In this document: positions 28,439 to 38,962 of the stretch, in pieces
Layout: every line of letters starts with the position of its first letter
Numbering within the stretch: the first letter of the stretch is position 1
Source of the DNA: Clostridiaceae bacterium
GTDB taxonomy: Bacteria; Bacillota; Clostridia; Peptostreptococcales; T1SED10-28
Reading direction: 5' to 3'
Assembly: GCA_003554105.1 (NCBI GenBank)
Contig: PWFQ01000006.1
Span: 3,036-67,035 of the forward strand
DNA: 64,000 nucleotides
Program-made: the position numbers and the translations under genes
The notes under the pieces: model-generated
Told to the model about the DNA's origin: nothing
Database searches by the model: none
Seen by the model: the letters and a program-made list of their open reading frames with translations, nothing else

Positions 28439-29029
28439 ATGCGTTTATGGACAAGACAACATGTTTCGGTGTGGGAAGAGATCATGAAGGTAGGTTGCTA
28501 TTTTGCTAAAAAGGAACATATCGAACTGAAAAACGATACGATTTCCGACTATTATCTTGAGTTATATCATTGGTACATCAGAAGAGCGGAGAAAATTGTT
28601 CCAAGGGAGAGAAACGATCAATATCCCATATGGGCATCCACGAGTTATAAAGATCGTTTACAAGTGGTGGAAGATACTTACCTTCTGGAGCTTGAAGTTC
28701 CTGAAGACTGTGTGGTGGTGACAGATTTTGATAAATGGGGATATGTGGTGAATTACTGGTATGTGCCTGAAGACAAAGAGGATGAAAGAAAGCATAACGA
28801 AGAGCTGGAAAAAATGGGAATAGGCGATGAATCCGCCATTGTCATGGGACATAAAGGGAATTTTTACCCACTGCTCCGGGATAAAATTCTAAAGAGCTGG
28901 GATCGGATTTTTGAGATTGAGAAGCATGACAGTGTAATGACTCAGGCAACCCTCTGGGAAATAAAAAAAGAGTGGGTTATCAAGGTGGAGAATTACAAAG
29001 GCGAGGAGGTTTTTCACCATGAAAAATAA
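28439..29029 (+). CDS. DUF3841-like protein (paralogue 1)
   Basis: ATG 28439 lies 8 nt after AGAGGTGG. MRLWTRQ...YPIWAS...LLELEVPEDCV...SWDRIF...QATLWEI; clear paralogy with the next gene. Confidence 0.6.
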   Translation: MRLWTRQHVSVWEEIMKVGCYFAKKEHIELKNDTISDYYLELYHWYIRRAEKIVPRERNDQYPIWASTSYKDRLQVVEDTYLLELEVPEDCVVVTDFDKWGYVVNYWYVPEDKEDERKHNEELEKMGIGDESAIVMGHKGNFYPLLRDKILKSWDRIFEIEKHDSVMTQATLWEIKKEWVIKVENYKGEEVFHHEK

Positions 29030-29597
29030 AAATGAGACGATCACCCTCTATACCGGACAGCGACAAGTTGTTCTGGATACATTGAAAAATGAAGGGATCT
29101 ATCATGTGAAGAAAAACTATGTCAAGGAGAAATACCGGGAGGTGTCGTCGATTTTCCTTGAAGCCTATTCCTGGCTTGTAAAGGAAATGGAAAAGCGGGT
29201 TCATAAACCTGAAGGAGCAGAGTATCCGGTATGGGTATTTACGAAAAAGAGAGATGTTGAAGTTCCAAAGGGCAGCGAGCTTATCATCCTGGAAGTTCCT
29301 GTTGAACATGTTCTTCTCTTTGAACAAAAACACTGGAATCGAGTTCTGAATCTTTCCTACCTTGGAGAGAGTGAAGAAGAAGAAGAGGAATTTCAAGTCG
29401 AACTGGAAAGACAAGGAATTACATCCCAGAGCGACCTTTTTCTCACTGCCTTTTACCCTCATCTGAAAGATCGTGTAAAAAAAAGCTGGGGGAACCTGTT
29501 CCGGAGTTCATTGAACAGGAATGCTTCCATGCAAGGGGCTTTATGGGAAATCAGGGTTGAGTGGATTCAAAACAGAGACGAGCTGGGAATTGAATAA
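29019..29597 (+). CDS. DUF3841-like protein (paralogue 2)
   Basis: 192 aa; overlaps paralogue 1 by 11 nt. ITLYTGQ...YPVWVF...LIILEVPVEHV...SWGNLF...QGALWEI. Confidence 0.6.
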   Translation: MKNKNETITLYTGQRQVVLDTLKNEGIYHVKKNYVKEKYREVSSIFLEAYSWLVKEMEKRVHKPEGAEYPVWVFTKKRDVEVPKGSELIILEVPVEHVLLFEQKHWNRVLNLSYLGESEEEEEEFQVELERQGITSQSDLFLTAFYPHLKDRVKKSWGNLFRSSLNRNASMQGALWEIRVEWIQNRDELGIE

Positions 29598-29695
29598 AGA
29601 TGGAACTTCCTTGTAGAATCATTCGTAGAGAGAGTAAAGAGTTATAGCAATCTATGGCATCATGTTTTGAACTTGAATGGAGGGGGAATTATAGG

Positions 29696-30973
29696 ATGGA
29701 ACAGAATAATAGACAAAATGAATCTTTCCATGCACTCATCGTAGGAGTAAATCGAAATGGACGAACAAATTTTGAAGAGTCCATGGAAGAGCTGAAAAAT
29801 TTGACAGAGGCCTGCGACTATAAGGTGGTTGGAAGGATGGATCAGAATTTAAAGTCCATTCATCCGGCGTACTACATAGGGACAGGAAAAGTGGAGGAAA
29901 TCAAACCCGCCCTGGATAGCCTTGAGGTGGATGTTGTCGTCTTTAATGATGAACTAAGTCCAATGCAATTAAAAAATCTGGAGAAAGCTCTCGATATAAT
30001 TATCCTGGATCGGACATCCCTGATTTTAGAGATTTTTGCCACGAGGGCGAGAACAAGGGAAGCCCGTCTGCAGGTTGATATTGCACAGCTTCAATATCTG
30101 CTTCCCCGTTTAAAAGGAGCCTATGAAGCCTTAGGTCGACAGGGTGGCGGAGCAGGATTGAAGAACCGAGGGGCAGGAGAAAAGAAGATTGAACTGGATC
30201 GAAGACGAATTGAAGACCAAATCACAGAGTTAAGAAAAAAGCTGAAGGAAGTGGAGAAACAACGTCAAATTCAAAGGAAACGAAGGGCGGAGAGCGGTAT
30301 TCCCCATGTTGCACTGGTGGGTTACACAAATGCTGGAAAATCAACTCTTATGAATAAAATCATTGAAAACTATGGGGGAGATGACGAGAAACAGGTATGG
30401 GTAAAGGATATGCTTTTTGCCACCCTGGACACTTCAGTGAGGCGAATCGATCTGCCTGATCAAAAACCGATTCTTTTATCAGATACTGTGGGTTTTGTCA
30501 GCAATCTGCCCCATAATCTGATCAAAGCATTTCACTCAACCCTGGAAGAGGTAAGGGAAGCAGATTTACTGCTTCACGTTGTGGATCTCTCGAATCCCGA
30601 TCATGAAGAGCATAAACGCATTACTGAAGAGACATTAAAGGATATCGGAGCGAACCATGTTGAAGTCGTGGAAGTTTATAATAAAGCAGATTTATCAGAT
30701 TTTGAGTACCCGAAGGTCAATAAGCGCCGAGTGCATCTTTCAGCAGAAAAGGGGATCGGTATCGATTTATTGATGAGTAAAGTTTCAGACTGTGTTTATC
30801 AGGGACTGAGAAAAGCCAAATTTTTCATTCCCTTTCAGCAGGGTGAGATTGTTTCCTATCTGAATCAAGAAACCAAGGTTCTTTCTCAGGAGTATAAGGA
30901 AGAGGGAACCCTCTTGGAAGTCGAATGTAAGGAAAGGGAGTATCAAAGATTTCAGGGATATTTGGTAAACTAA
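29696..30973 (+). CDS. hflX: GTPase HflX
   Basis: ATG 29696 follows GGAGGGGG. HflX N-domain, then VALVGYTNAGKSTLMN (G1), DTVGF (G3) and NKAD (G4). Confidence 0.9.
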   Translation: MEQNNRQNESFHALIVGVNRNGRTNFEESMEELKNLTEACDYKVVGRMDQNLKSIHPAYYIGTGKVEEIKPALDSLEVDVVVFNDELSPMQLKNLEKALDIIILDRTSLILEIFATRARTREARLQVDIAQLQYLLPRLKGAYEALGRQGGGAGLKNRGAGEKKIELDRRRIEDQITELRKKLKEVEKQRQIQRKRRAESGIPHVALVGYTNAGKSTLMNKIIENYGGDDEKQVWVKDMLFATLDTSVRRIDLPDQKPILLSDTVGFVSNLPHNLIKAFHSTLEEVREADLLLHVVDLSNPDHEEHKRITEETLKDIGANHVEVVEVYNKADLSDFEYPKVNKRRVHLSAEKGIGIDLLMSKVSDCVYQGLRKAKFFIPFQQGEIVSYLNQETKVLSQEYKEEGTLLEVECKEREYQRFQGYLVN

Positions 30974-31021
30974 GAGCGTTATAATATTTACTCAGGGTAT
31001 ATAAAGGGAGAAGGTGATCGC

Positions 31022-33106
31022 ATGAAAAACAAAGAAAGAATAAGCGATGAAAATAATAGAAGAAGGCGTAGACCTCCCAGCAAACATTCCTATCCACTAG
31101 GGCTTTTAATCGGTGGTTTAACGATTTGCTTTTTTGCGATGGAGACATTGTTCCGTATTTACACCACCGGAAATTGGATTACACCTGCAGTAATCATCGG
31201 GTTGATCTTTTCCACATCCCTGGCAATAATCATCTATGGTTTGATAGGGATCCTGGACAAGTCAAAGAGAACCTGGTTATTAGGAGGATTATTTCTTCTG
31301 CTTTGGATTCTTTATTCCGGTCAACTTGTCTATTATGATATTTTTGATACCCTCACCACCTCCTACTCCATTCGTCATGGAGGACAGGTTACAGAATTTT
31401 GGAACGATGCACTATTAGGGATTGCAAGGAATGGAATTCCGATCATGTTGATGCTTTGTTCCGTAATTGCCCTTGTATTTCTCGCGAAAAAAGTTGGACC
31501 GGAAAAAGGATTAAATAAACGAGTGCTTGTGATTTCCCTGATCATCGGCCTTCTCATCCATTTGGGTGGAGTGGGCATTGTGAGACTTTACGGACAAGGA
31601 GAAAACTCTCCCTATAATTTGTATTATAATATCCATGAACCACGCTTAAGTGTTGATAATTTAGGATTATTTACTTTTATGCGATTGGATGTATACCGAT
31701 ATTTTTCAGATTGGTCACCAAGCTTTACAGGTGAGCTGCCTCCCTATGATGATGAAAAAGACCCTCCTGAAAATGGACAGGACGAGTACAGAGAAGAACC
31801 AAGAAGCCATGAGCCCGTAGACGATGATATTGTGTATGAACCGGAGCCACCGGTGGAATACAATGTGCTGGACATTGATTTTGAGCGTTTAATTGAAGAG
31901 GAATCAAGGGAGGAAATCATTGAAATGCACGAGTATTTTCAACGTCGGCCACCCTCGGAGAAGAATGAGTATACGGGGAAATATGAGGGTTATAATTTAA
32001 TCGTGCTGACGGCGGAAGCATTTTCACATCTGGCCCTCCATGAGGAAGTGACCCCCACCCTCTATAAAATGGTTCATGAAGGCTATCATTTTAAAAACTT
32101 CTATACCCCGATCTGGGGTGTCAGTACGCTGGACGGAGAATATGTAGCGAATACCGGACTCATCCCCAAGAGCGGAGTGTGGAGTTTCCGGGAATCCAGT
32201 AAAATTGATTTGCCCCTTGTCTTCGGAAATCAGATGAGTGAGCAGGGCTATATCACAAAGGCCTATCATAATCACACCTACAGCTATTATGATCGGCATC
32301 TTTCCCATCCCAATATGGGCTATGAGTATAAAGGAATCGGAAATGGTCTTCAAATGACCGAAACATGGCCTCGGTCCGACCTGGAGATGATGGAAGTGAC
32401 TATTCCCGAATACATTGATCAGGAGCCTTTTCACATTTATTATTTAACGATTAGCGGACACCTCCGCTATACATTTACAGGAAACCAGATGGCACGTAAA
32501 AACCAGAGTGTTGTTGAGCATTTACCCTACTCTTCCAATGTAAGGGCATATTTGGCCACCCAGGTGGAATTGGACCGGGCGATGGAGTATCTTCTGGATG
32601 CGTTAGAAGAAAAAGGAATTGCGGAAAACACATTAATCGTCATGAGTTCCGACCATTATCCTTACGGATTGGAACACCATGAAATAGAGGAATTGGAAGG
32701 AAATTCTGTGGATCGGAATTTTGAACTCTATCGGAACGCCTTGGTGATCTATTCTCCGGGAATGGAAGGAAAAACTTTTGAGGAGCCGGCATCAAGTCTG
32801 GATATAATGCCTACAGTATCAAATCTGATGGGGCTCGATTTTGATTCAAGACTTTTTATGGGACAGGATCTTTTTGCACCGAGGGATCCTCTGGTGATCT
32901 TCCAAAACCGCAGCTTTATCACGGATAAGGGTCGATACAATGCTTCGACGGGTAATTTCACAGCGGATGATGGTGTGGAAGTCGAAGACGGTTACAGGGA
33001 AACCATCAGTAACCGTGTCAGTGCCAAGTTTCATTTTTCAGCAAGAATCCTTGATCATGATTATTACAGCAAGGTCATGGAAGGGTTGGAAGAAAGTGAT
33101 GAATAA
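31022..33106 (+). CDS. LTA synthase family / sulfatase-like membrane protein
   Basis: 694 aa. N-terminal multi-TM region, acidic linker, and an extracellular sulfatase-type domain (LIVLTAEAF ... SSDHYPYG). Confidence 0.75.
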   Translation: MKNKERISDENNRRRRRPPSKHSYPLGLLIGGLTICFFAMETLFRIYTTGNWITPAVIIGLIFSTSLAIIIYGLIGILDKSKRTWLLGGLFLLLWILYSGQLVYYDIFDTLTTSYSIRHGGQVTEFWNDALLGIARNGIPIMLMLCSVIALVFLAKKVGPEKGLNKRVLVISLIIGLLIHLGGVGIVRLYGQGENSPYNLYYNIHEPRLSVDNLGLFTFMRLDVYRYFSDWSPSFTGELPPYDDEKDPPENGQDEYREEPRSHEPVDDDIVYEPEPPVEYNVLDIDFERLIEEESREEIIEMHEYFQRRPPSEKNEYTGKYEGYNLIVLTAEAFSHLALHEEVTPTLYKMVHEGYHFKNFYTPIWGVSTLDGEYVANTGLIPKSGVWSFRESSKIDLPLVFGNQMSEQGYITKAYHNHTYSYYDRHLSHPNMGYEYKGIGNGLQMTETWPRSDLEMMEVTIPEYIDQEPFHIYYLTISGHLRYTFTGNQMARKNQSVVEHLPYSSNVRAYLATQVELDRAMEYLLDALEEKGIAENTLIVMSSDHYPYGLEHHEIEELEGNSVDRNFELYRNALVIYSPGMEGKTFEEPASSLDIMPTVSNLMGLDFDSRLFMGQDLFAPRDPLVIFQNRSFITDKGRYNASTGNFTADDGVEVEDGYRETISNRVSAKFHFSARILDHDYYSKVMEGLEESDE

Positions 33107-33108
33107 GA

Positions 33109-33144
33109 ACACCCGGAAGATCCTTAAATCTTCCGGGTTTTTTA
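33109..33144. terminator. bidirectional terminator between convergent genes
   Basis: ACCCGGAAGAT / ATCTTCCGGGT 11-bp stem followed by T6. Confidence 0.7.
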
Positions 33145-33666
33145 TTAGAGCTTTTTCGGTTCAGGGTATTCCACACCATGGGTTTCAACGGTGACCTTCA
33201 CCATCTTCTGTTCTTCAATGGGGCGGTCCATAGGATTTCTTTCAACATTGACAATTTCTTCCGCATGTCCGTATCCTTCAATCACTTTTCCGAAGCCTGC
33301 ATAGGATCCGTCGAGATGAGGGGAGCGGGATACCATGATAAAAAATTGTGATCCCGCTGAATCAGGATGCTGGGATCTTGCCATGGAAAGCACCCCCGGC
33401 TCATGAGAAAGAGAGTTCTCAAAGCCGTTTCCGGAAAACTCTCCCGGAATGGAATAGCCCGGACCTCCTGTTCCTGATCCTTGAGGATCTCCACCTTGAA
33501 TCATAAAATTTGGAATCACCCGATGAAAAATAAGTCCGTCATAAAAGCCTTTCTCGATCAGAGAGATAAAATTATAGACTGTGTTTGGAGCAATTTCAGG
33601 ATACAGCTCCGCTTTCATTTCTTTTCCTTCCTCAAGCTGGAAGGTTACAATAGGATTTTTATTCAT
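33145..33666 (-). CDS. ppiB: peptidylprolyl isomerase, cyclophilin type
   Basis: 173 aa with FHRVIPNFMIQGGDP and SAGSQFFI. Confidence 0.9.
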   Translation of the reverse strand: MNKNPIVTFQLEEGKEMKAELYPEIAPNTVYNFISLIEKGFYDGLIFHRVIPNFMIQGGDPQGSGTGGPGYSIPGEFSGNGFENSLSHEPGVLSMARSQHPDSAGSQFFIMVSRSPHLDGSYAGFGKVIEGYGHAEEIVNVERNPMDRPIEEQKMVKVTVETHGVEYPEPKKL

Positions 33667-33825
33667 AGGACAACTCCCTTTCTGCCTTCATTTATTTTTA
33701 GTTTTCCGATCTCTTCTATTATAAAAAAGAAATGCCCGAGAGGCAAGGAAATTCATCTTTCAATCTTAATCACATGTGATATACTATTTTACAGAAGATA
33801 GCAGATGGATTGAAGGAGGATGAAT

Positions 33826-34509
33826 ATGAAAAAAGTCTATGAAGGAAAAACGAAAAACGTGTACGAATTGGAAGACGGGACCTTTTTATTGGAGTTTAAA
33901 GATGATATGACCGGGTCCGATGGAGTCTTTGACCCCGGATCTAACGAGATAGGACTGACCGTTGAAGGTGCAGGGCGTGCAGGGCTCTCCCTCACTAAAT
34001 TCTTTTTTGAAGGACTTAATCAAAAGGGGATTAAAACCCATTATCTTAAAGCCGATGTGGAAAAGGGACATATGATTGTTAAACCGGCCATCATCTTCGG
34101 CAAAGGATTGGAGGTCATCTGCCGTTACCGGGCAGCAGGAAGCTTTTATAGGCGGTATGGTGAGTATGTTGAAGAGGGACAGAAACTCGATGGATTTGTT
34201 GAAGTAACCCTCAAAGATGATGAAAGAGGAGATCCACCAATTTCGAAGGATGCATTGGCGATGCTGGGAATTCTGTCCCGGGAGGAATATGAGGTTCTCA
34301 AAAATCTTACACTTAGAATCGGAGATCATGTTAAAGATGAGTTGAGAATAAAAGATCTGGAATTATATGATATTAAGTTTGAGTTTGGTCGGGATCATGA
34401 GACAAAAGAAATCATTCTGATTGATGAGATCTCAGGTGGAAATATGAGAGTTTATAAAGATGGGAATGGAATAGAGCCTCTGGAACTAGAGAAAATCATG
34501 TGCGGTTAA
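33826..34509 (+). CDS. purC: phosphoribosylaminoimidazole-succinocarboxamide (SAICAR) synthase
   Basis: MKKVYEGKTKNVYELEDG..., LIDEISGGNMR. ATG 33826 (6 nt after GAAGGAGG) is preferred to 33820. Confidence 0.85.
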   Translation: MKKVYEGKTKNVYELEDGTFLLEFKDDMTGSDGVFDPGSNEIGLTVEGAGRAGLSLTKFFFEGLNQKGIKTHYLKADVEKGHMIVKPAIIFGKGLEVICRYRAAGSFYRRYGEYVEEGQKLDGFVEVTLKDDERGDPPISKDALAMLGILSREEYEVLKNLTLRIGDHVKDELRIKDLELYDIKFEFGRDHETKEIILIDEISGGNMRVYKDGNGIEPLELEKIMCG

Positions 34510-34693
34510 TCTAAAGAAACTTCTCCTCTGGGAGAGGTTTTTTTCGATACAACCCTTAGGAGCAATACGGATTAATAAATCAATTGAATTATACCGATAC
34601 GATTTAAAAAAATCAAAAAACCATATTGCTCAATCGCTGAAAGAGGATTAGCATAAGAGTACAGAAGAATATACTCTTTAGGAGGAAAGAACA

Positions 34694-35563
34694 ATGAAAA
34701 AAGTTATGGTTATTGCATTATTAATGATCCTGACCATGGGTCTGTTTATAGGATGTGGAGAAAAGGAAGAGGTTTTAGTGATGGGCTTTGTTCCCATGCG
34801 GGACGGTGAACAGCTGATTGAATCGGTAAAACCGCTGGAAGAGATGATTTCAAGAGAAATGGGAGTAAAAGTGGAAGCATTTACAGCTCAAAACTATGTA
34901 GGCGTAGTTGAGGGCTTGGGCTCAGGAGCCGTCGACTTTGGCTTTATCCCACCTTTTGCCTATGTGCTGGCGAACTCAGAGAGTGGTGCAAGGGTTGCAA
35001 TGACAGTGTTGAATGCCATGGGGGAGAGCAGTTACCGATCCCAGTTCCTCGTAGGAGAAACCTCGGGCATCAATTCATTTGAGGATCTTCGAGGTAAAAC
35101 ATTGGCATTTGTGGATCCTTCCTCTACTTCAGGATATCTGTTTCCCGGTGCCCATTTATATAGTCAGGGGATCGATATTGAGCAGGATATCACTTACCTG
35201 TACAGCGGTGGACATGATCAATCCCTCCAGTTGCTTATGAACGGAGATGTGGATGTGGCAGTGACTTTTGTGGATGCCCGGGATCGATATAAAGAGGATT
35301 TTCCCGAGGCAATGGAAAAAACCCGGGTCTTAGGATATACCGAAGAGATTCCCAACATCAGCGTGACCCTTAGTCATTCCATGAATGAAGAAATGGAAGA
35401 GCGTTTAACGACGGCTCTGATGAGGATTTCAGAGACAGAAGAGGGCGCTTCCCTCCTGGCTGAACTGTTTAATATCCATGGGTTCGTGCTGGCTGATGAT
35501 GAGGATTATGAGGTTATTCGTGAAACAGCAAAAAGAATGAATGTGGACCTCTCCGATCAATAA
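34694..35563 (+). CDS. phnD: phosphonate/phosphite ABC transporter substrate-binding lipoprotein
   Basis: 289 aa. Lipobox LFIGC; PhnD-like VMGFVP...AFVDPSSTSGYLFP. Confidence 0.8.
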   Translation: MKKVMVIALLMILTMGLFIGCGEKEEVLVMGFVPMRDGEQLIESVKPLEEMISREMGVKVEAFTAQNYVGVVEGLGSGAVDFGFIPPFAYVLANSESGARVAMTVLNAMGESSYRSQFLVGETSGINSFEDLRGKTLAFVDPSSTSGYLFPGAHLYSQGIDIEQDITYLYSGGHDQSLQLLMNGDVDVAVTFVDARDRYKEDFPEAMEKTRVLGYTEEIPNISVTLSHSMNEEMEERLTTALMRISETEEGASLLAELFNIHGFVLADDEDYEVIRETAKRMNVDLSDQ

Positions 35564-35599
35564 AGGGAAGTTCTGCAGAAAAGAAACGGTGGTGCTCAT

Positions 35600-36331
35600 A
35601 TGATTTCATTGAAGGACATTCATGTGGTATATGATAAAATCACCCCTGCGCTCAGGGGTGTTTCCCTTGATTTTCATGATGGTGAATTTGTAGGAATTAT
35701 CGGATTGAGCGGCAGCGGAAAATCTACTCTGCTCAAAACTATCAATGGACTGGTAAAGCCCATGAAGGGCAAGGTATGTCTTGATGAGTTGGTCTTAGGC
35801 GACCTGAGTGGTAAAAAACTTCGGGAGGTTCGCCGGAATATCGGGTTTGTTTTTCAGGAGTTTAATCTGGTAGAAAGGACTTCGGTATTGGAAAATGTTC
35901 TGATCGGACGGCTGGGGTATCTTTCAACCCTGAAAGGTTTTTTTGGACTTTTTAAGGATTCAGACTACGAAATTGCAGTGGCTGCACTGGACACAGTGGG
36001 TCTGAAAACGAAAATCACCGCCAGAGCAGGTCAGTTGAGTGGTGGCCAAAAGCAGCGGGTGGCAATTGCCAAAACCTTAACACAGGAGCCAAGGGTGATT
36101 CTTGCAGATGAACCGGTTGCAAGTCTGGATCGAACATCCAGCACTGTAGTAATGGATACGTTTGCAAAAATACGACACAAACATAAAATCACCATCATTA
36201 TTAACTTACACGATGTTGAACTGGCTAGGAAATACTGCGACCGTTTAGTAGGACTCAGGGATGGGAAGGTGCTGTTTGATAAGACCACAAAGGAGATTTC
36301 CAATGAAGATATACAAGAGCTCTATTCGTAG
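35600..36331 (+). CDS. phnC: phosphonate ABC transporter ATP-binding protein
   Basis: 243 aa with GLSGSGKSTLL, LSGGQKQRVAIA and ILADEP. Confidence 0.85.
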   Translation: MISLKDIHVVYDKITPALRGVSLDFHDGEFVGIIGLSGSGKSTLLKTINGLVKPMKGKVCLDELVLGDLSGKKLREVRRNIGFVFQEFNLVERTSVLENVLIGRLGYLSTLKGFFGLFKDSDYEIAVAALDTVGLKTKITARAGQLSGGQKQRVAIAKTLTQEPRVILADEPVASLDRTSSTVVMDTFAKIRHKHKITIIINLHDVELARKYCDRLVGLRDGKVLFDKTTKEISNEDIQELYS

Positions 36332-37880
36332 GAAAAGGAAAAGACAGCTATATTATCTGATTCCTGCCATGGTTCTCTGGGGTTTTATATCCTGGCAGAT
36401 CAACTTCAGCTTGATTCGTTTATGGCGTGGTATTCCCCATATGTTTAACTTGATTGGGAGAATGTTGCAGCCGGATTTCTCTTATATCCTGCAGGTGCTT
36501 CCCCGTCTTATGGAAACCATCGAAATGGCAGCTGTTTCCTCAACTCTGGGGGTGATTCTTGGATCTCTCGGAGCATTATTTGTTGCGAGAAATACTGCAA
36601 TTCATCCCATTATCCCATTATTGGGAAATCCCTTTTTTACCTTCTTAAGAACGATTCCGAATCTGATTTGGGCTGCAATCCTTGTGAGTATTTTTAGTGT
36701 TGGGAAATTCCCGGGAATGATAGCACTAACGATTACAGCTACCCTCATTACAGTTAAATTGCTGCGTGAATACATAGAGACAATTCCGGAAAGCGTGATA
36801 AAAGGTGTGGAAAGTGTAGGGGCGACAAAAATACAAACCTTGCGATACGGAGTTTTACCAATGGTTTTTCAACAAATGGCTGCAGTGTTTTTTCTGGTTC
36901 TGGAAGTCAACATTCGGGGTGCAACAATCCTCGGACTTGTGGGGGCGGGAGGAATCGGGCAGATTTTATGGAGAGATCTGAACCATTTACGGTACGATAA
37001 TCTTGCAACACTGATTATCCTTCTTTTTGCAACAATTCTTGTCATCGACTTGGGAAGTCTGTGGCTTCGAAAGGGACTTAAAGATCTTTACATTCCCGCA
37101 AAGACGATTCCCATCTTTCGCTTGCGTCAAAAGGTTAAATGGATCGTGGTATTTCTTTTGTTGATCGTTGGTATGACATGGCTTGTGAACAGCTTAGACA
37201 TTACTGCCGAGCGAATGATTCTGGGATTGGAGTCAGGAGCAAGAATGGTTTTACGTATGGCTCAGTTTGAGTTCAGTTATGCCCCAAGGCTTGTGGAAGG
37301 ACTTATGGAAAGTCTTTTCATTGCTCTTTTCGCAACGGTTACAGGAGGGGTCGGTGCATTATTTTTATCCTATTTAACCGCTTATAACACTTCCCCCTAT
37401 CCTGAAGTTGCTTTGTTTTTCAAGGCGGTGGTCAATCTTTTGAGGACATTTCCTCCGATTGTTGTGGCGATTATCTTTTTCAGGGGAGTGGGACCCGGCC
37501 CTTTAGCAGGGGCGATGGCTCTTAGTATTTACACGTTAGGAGTTATGACAAAACTCTATAGTGAAGTGATAGAGAGTACAGGAGAAAACATTCAACAGGG
37601 AATTTTAATCACCGGTGCGGGAAAAATTTTGAGTTATCGATTCGGAATTGTGCCCCACACCTTTTCAAATTATATAAGTCTTTTACTCTATCGTTTTGAG
37701 TCAAACATGAGGAACTCAACAATTTTAGGTGTGATTGGAGCCGGAGGGATAGGAACAATTCTGGCCAACAATATTGCCTGGAGAAACTGGGAACGTGTAG
37801 GATTGTTGCTGGCTGGTGTGGCGATCCTTATGATGGCTGTTGAGAAACTTAGCGAGAAAATACGGAAAAAACTGGTGTGA
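36303..37880 (+). CDS. phnE: phosphonate ABC transporter permease, tandem-fused PhnE-PhnE
   Basis: ATG 36303 lies 7 nt after AGGAG. Two similar halves each end with NxRxATILGLVGAGGIG / NMRNSTILGVIGAGGIG. Confidence 0.8.
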   Translation: MKIYKSSIRRKRKRQLYYLIPAMVLWGFISWQINFSLIRLWRGIPHMFNLIGRMLQPDFSYILQVLPRLMETIEMAAVSSTLGVILGSLGALFVARNTAIHPIIPLLGNPFFTFLRTIPNLIWAAILVSIFSVGKFPGMIALTITATLITVKLLREYIETIPESVIKGVESVGATKIQTLRYGVLPMVFQQMAAVFFLVLEVNIRGATILGLVGAGGIGQILWRDLNHLRYDNLATLIILLFATILVIDLGSLWLRKGLKDLYIPAKTIPIFRLRQKVKWIVVFLLLIVGMTWLVNSLDITAERMILGLESGARMVLRMAQFEFSYAPRLVEGLMESLFIALFATVTGGVGALFLSYLTAYNTSPYPEVALFFKAVVNLLRTFPPIVVAIIFFRGVGPGPLAGAMALSIYTLGVMTKLYSEVIESTGENIQQGILITGAGKILSYRFGIVPHTFSNYISLLLYRFESNMRNSTILGVIGAGGIGTILANNIAWRNWERVGLLLAGVAILMMAVEKLSEKIRKKLV

Positions 37881-37907
37881 TGAGAAAAAGAGAAACAGAA
37901 GGAAAAG

Positions 37908-37934
37908 ACCCCTCGATCTATATTTTCGAGGGGT
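37908..37934 (-). terminator. rho-independent terminator (T-run on minus strand, serves the AIM24-like gene)
   Basis: ACCCCTCGA / TCGAGGGGT 9-bp stem. The minus-strand continuation is CTTTTCCTTC. Confidence 0.55.
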
Positions 37935-37974
37935 TCTGTGCTATAGAAGCTGTAAGATTTTGATACATCCCTGC

Positions 37975-38670
37975 TTATTTGCTGTCGTTCCTTGTAGGAA
38001 GAAAACGGGAAATTTCCGAGGCCATATTTGCAGCGGGCATGGTTTGAATCCATACTTTTCCGGGGCCTTCAATGGTGGTCAAAAACAACCCTTCTCCGCC
38101 TAAAAACATGTTTTTAAAGCCTTTTACCATCTGTATGCTCATATTCATACCGGCTTCATACATACCCAGAGCACCAGTCTCCATACGGATTTTTTCCCCG
38201 GGCTTGAGTTCTTTCACAACATACTCTCCATCCAGTTCAACCCATGCGGTTCCACGCCCGGACAGTCTTTGCATAATAAACCCTTCTCCACCGAAGAAAC
38301 CGGTACTTAATTTCTTTTGGAACTCAACATCAAAATCCACTCCCTCGGTTGCACAAAGGAATGCTCTCTTCTGGCAAACCATCGGTTTTTGGCTGACATC
38401 CAGCTCGATAATTTTTCCCGGAAAGGAATGACCGAAAGCCACGGTTGCTCCCGGGTTTTCTGCAGTGAAGTGGGCAAGGAAAAGATTTTCACCGGTCACA
38501 CTTCGCTTTAAAGCACCAAACACACCACCACGCATATTGGTTTGCATATCAATATCCTCTGACATCCACTGCATCGCCCCGGTCTGGGCATAAATCAGTT
38601 CACCCCGTTCCAATTGAATTTCAACCATGGGCATTACCGAACCATAAATCTCACTTTTCATTGAGTTCAC
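37975..38670 (-). CDS. TIGR00266 / AIM24 (DUF124) family protein
   Basis: 231 aa with QLERGELIYAQTGAMQWMSEDIDMQT and GGEGFIMQRLSGRGTAWV. Confidence 0.75.
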   Translation of the reverse strand: MNSMKSEIYGSVMPMVEIQLERGELIYAQTGAMQWMSEDIDMQTNMRGGVFGALKRSVTGENLFLAHFTAENPGATVAFGHSFPGKIIELDVSQKPMVCQKRAFLCATEGVDFDVEFQKKLSTGFFGGEGFIMQRLSGRGTAWVELDGEYVVKELKPGEKIRMETGALGMYEAGMNMSIQMVKGFKNMFLGGEGLFLTTIEGPGKVWIQTMPAANMASEISRFLPTRNDSK

Positions 38671-38836
38671 TCCTTTTTATAAATGATTGTATACGTTTGG
38701 AATTTTATAAGATGATTATACCATAAAGGTAAAAAAAGAAGAATTTTTGGAATGTATATTGAAAAAAGTGCGAAATTGTGAAAGAATAGGGATATAAGAA
38801 TCACTTATGGATAAACATGGGAGAGGGATGTTTGCA

Positions 38837-38944
38837 ATGAGGATAACCACTTTGAAAGGAATTATCGTTTTATTAATCCTAATAATAATTTTTGGCGGTT
38901 TCGGATGTACAGAGGCAGGACGTGAAGAAGGACAGAACGGATGA
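38837..38944 (+). CDS. 35-codon signal-peptide-like ORF ending in a TGA that is in frame with the rhodanese ORF
   Basis: MRITTLKGIIVLLILIIIFGGFGCTEAGREEGQNG-TGA, with a GGGAGAGGG SD upstream. Too short to appear in the ORF track. Confidence 0.3.
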   Translation: MRITTLKGIIVLLILIIIFGGFGCTEAGREEGQNG

Positions 38945-38962
38945 GTCGCAGTACCCTTTCAG

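Noticed and set aside
33667-33825. A possible purine riboswitch or PurBox upstream of the isolated purC.
   Set aside because: I could not find the conserved purine-riboswitch core or a convincing PurBox in either orientation. The spacer is explained by divergent promoters for ppiB and purC.
34694-37880. phnDCE as part of a phosphonate catabolic island.
   Set aside because: Only the ABC transporter is present. There are no C-P lyase (phnGHIJKLM) or phosphonatase genes in the window, so this is an ordinary uptake system.
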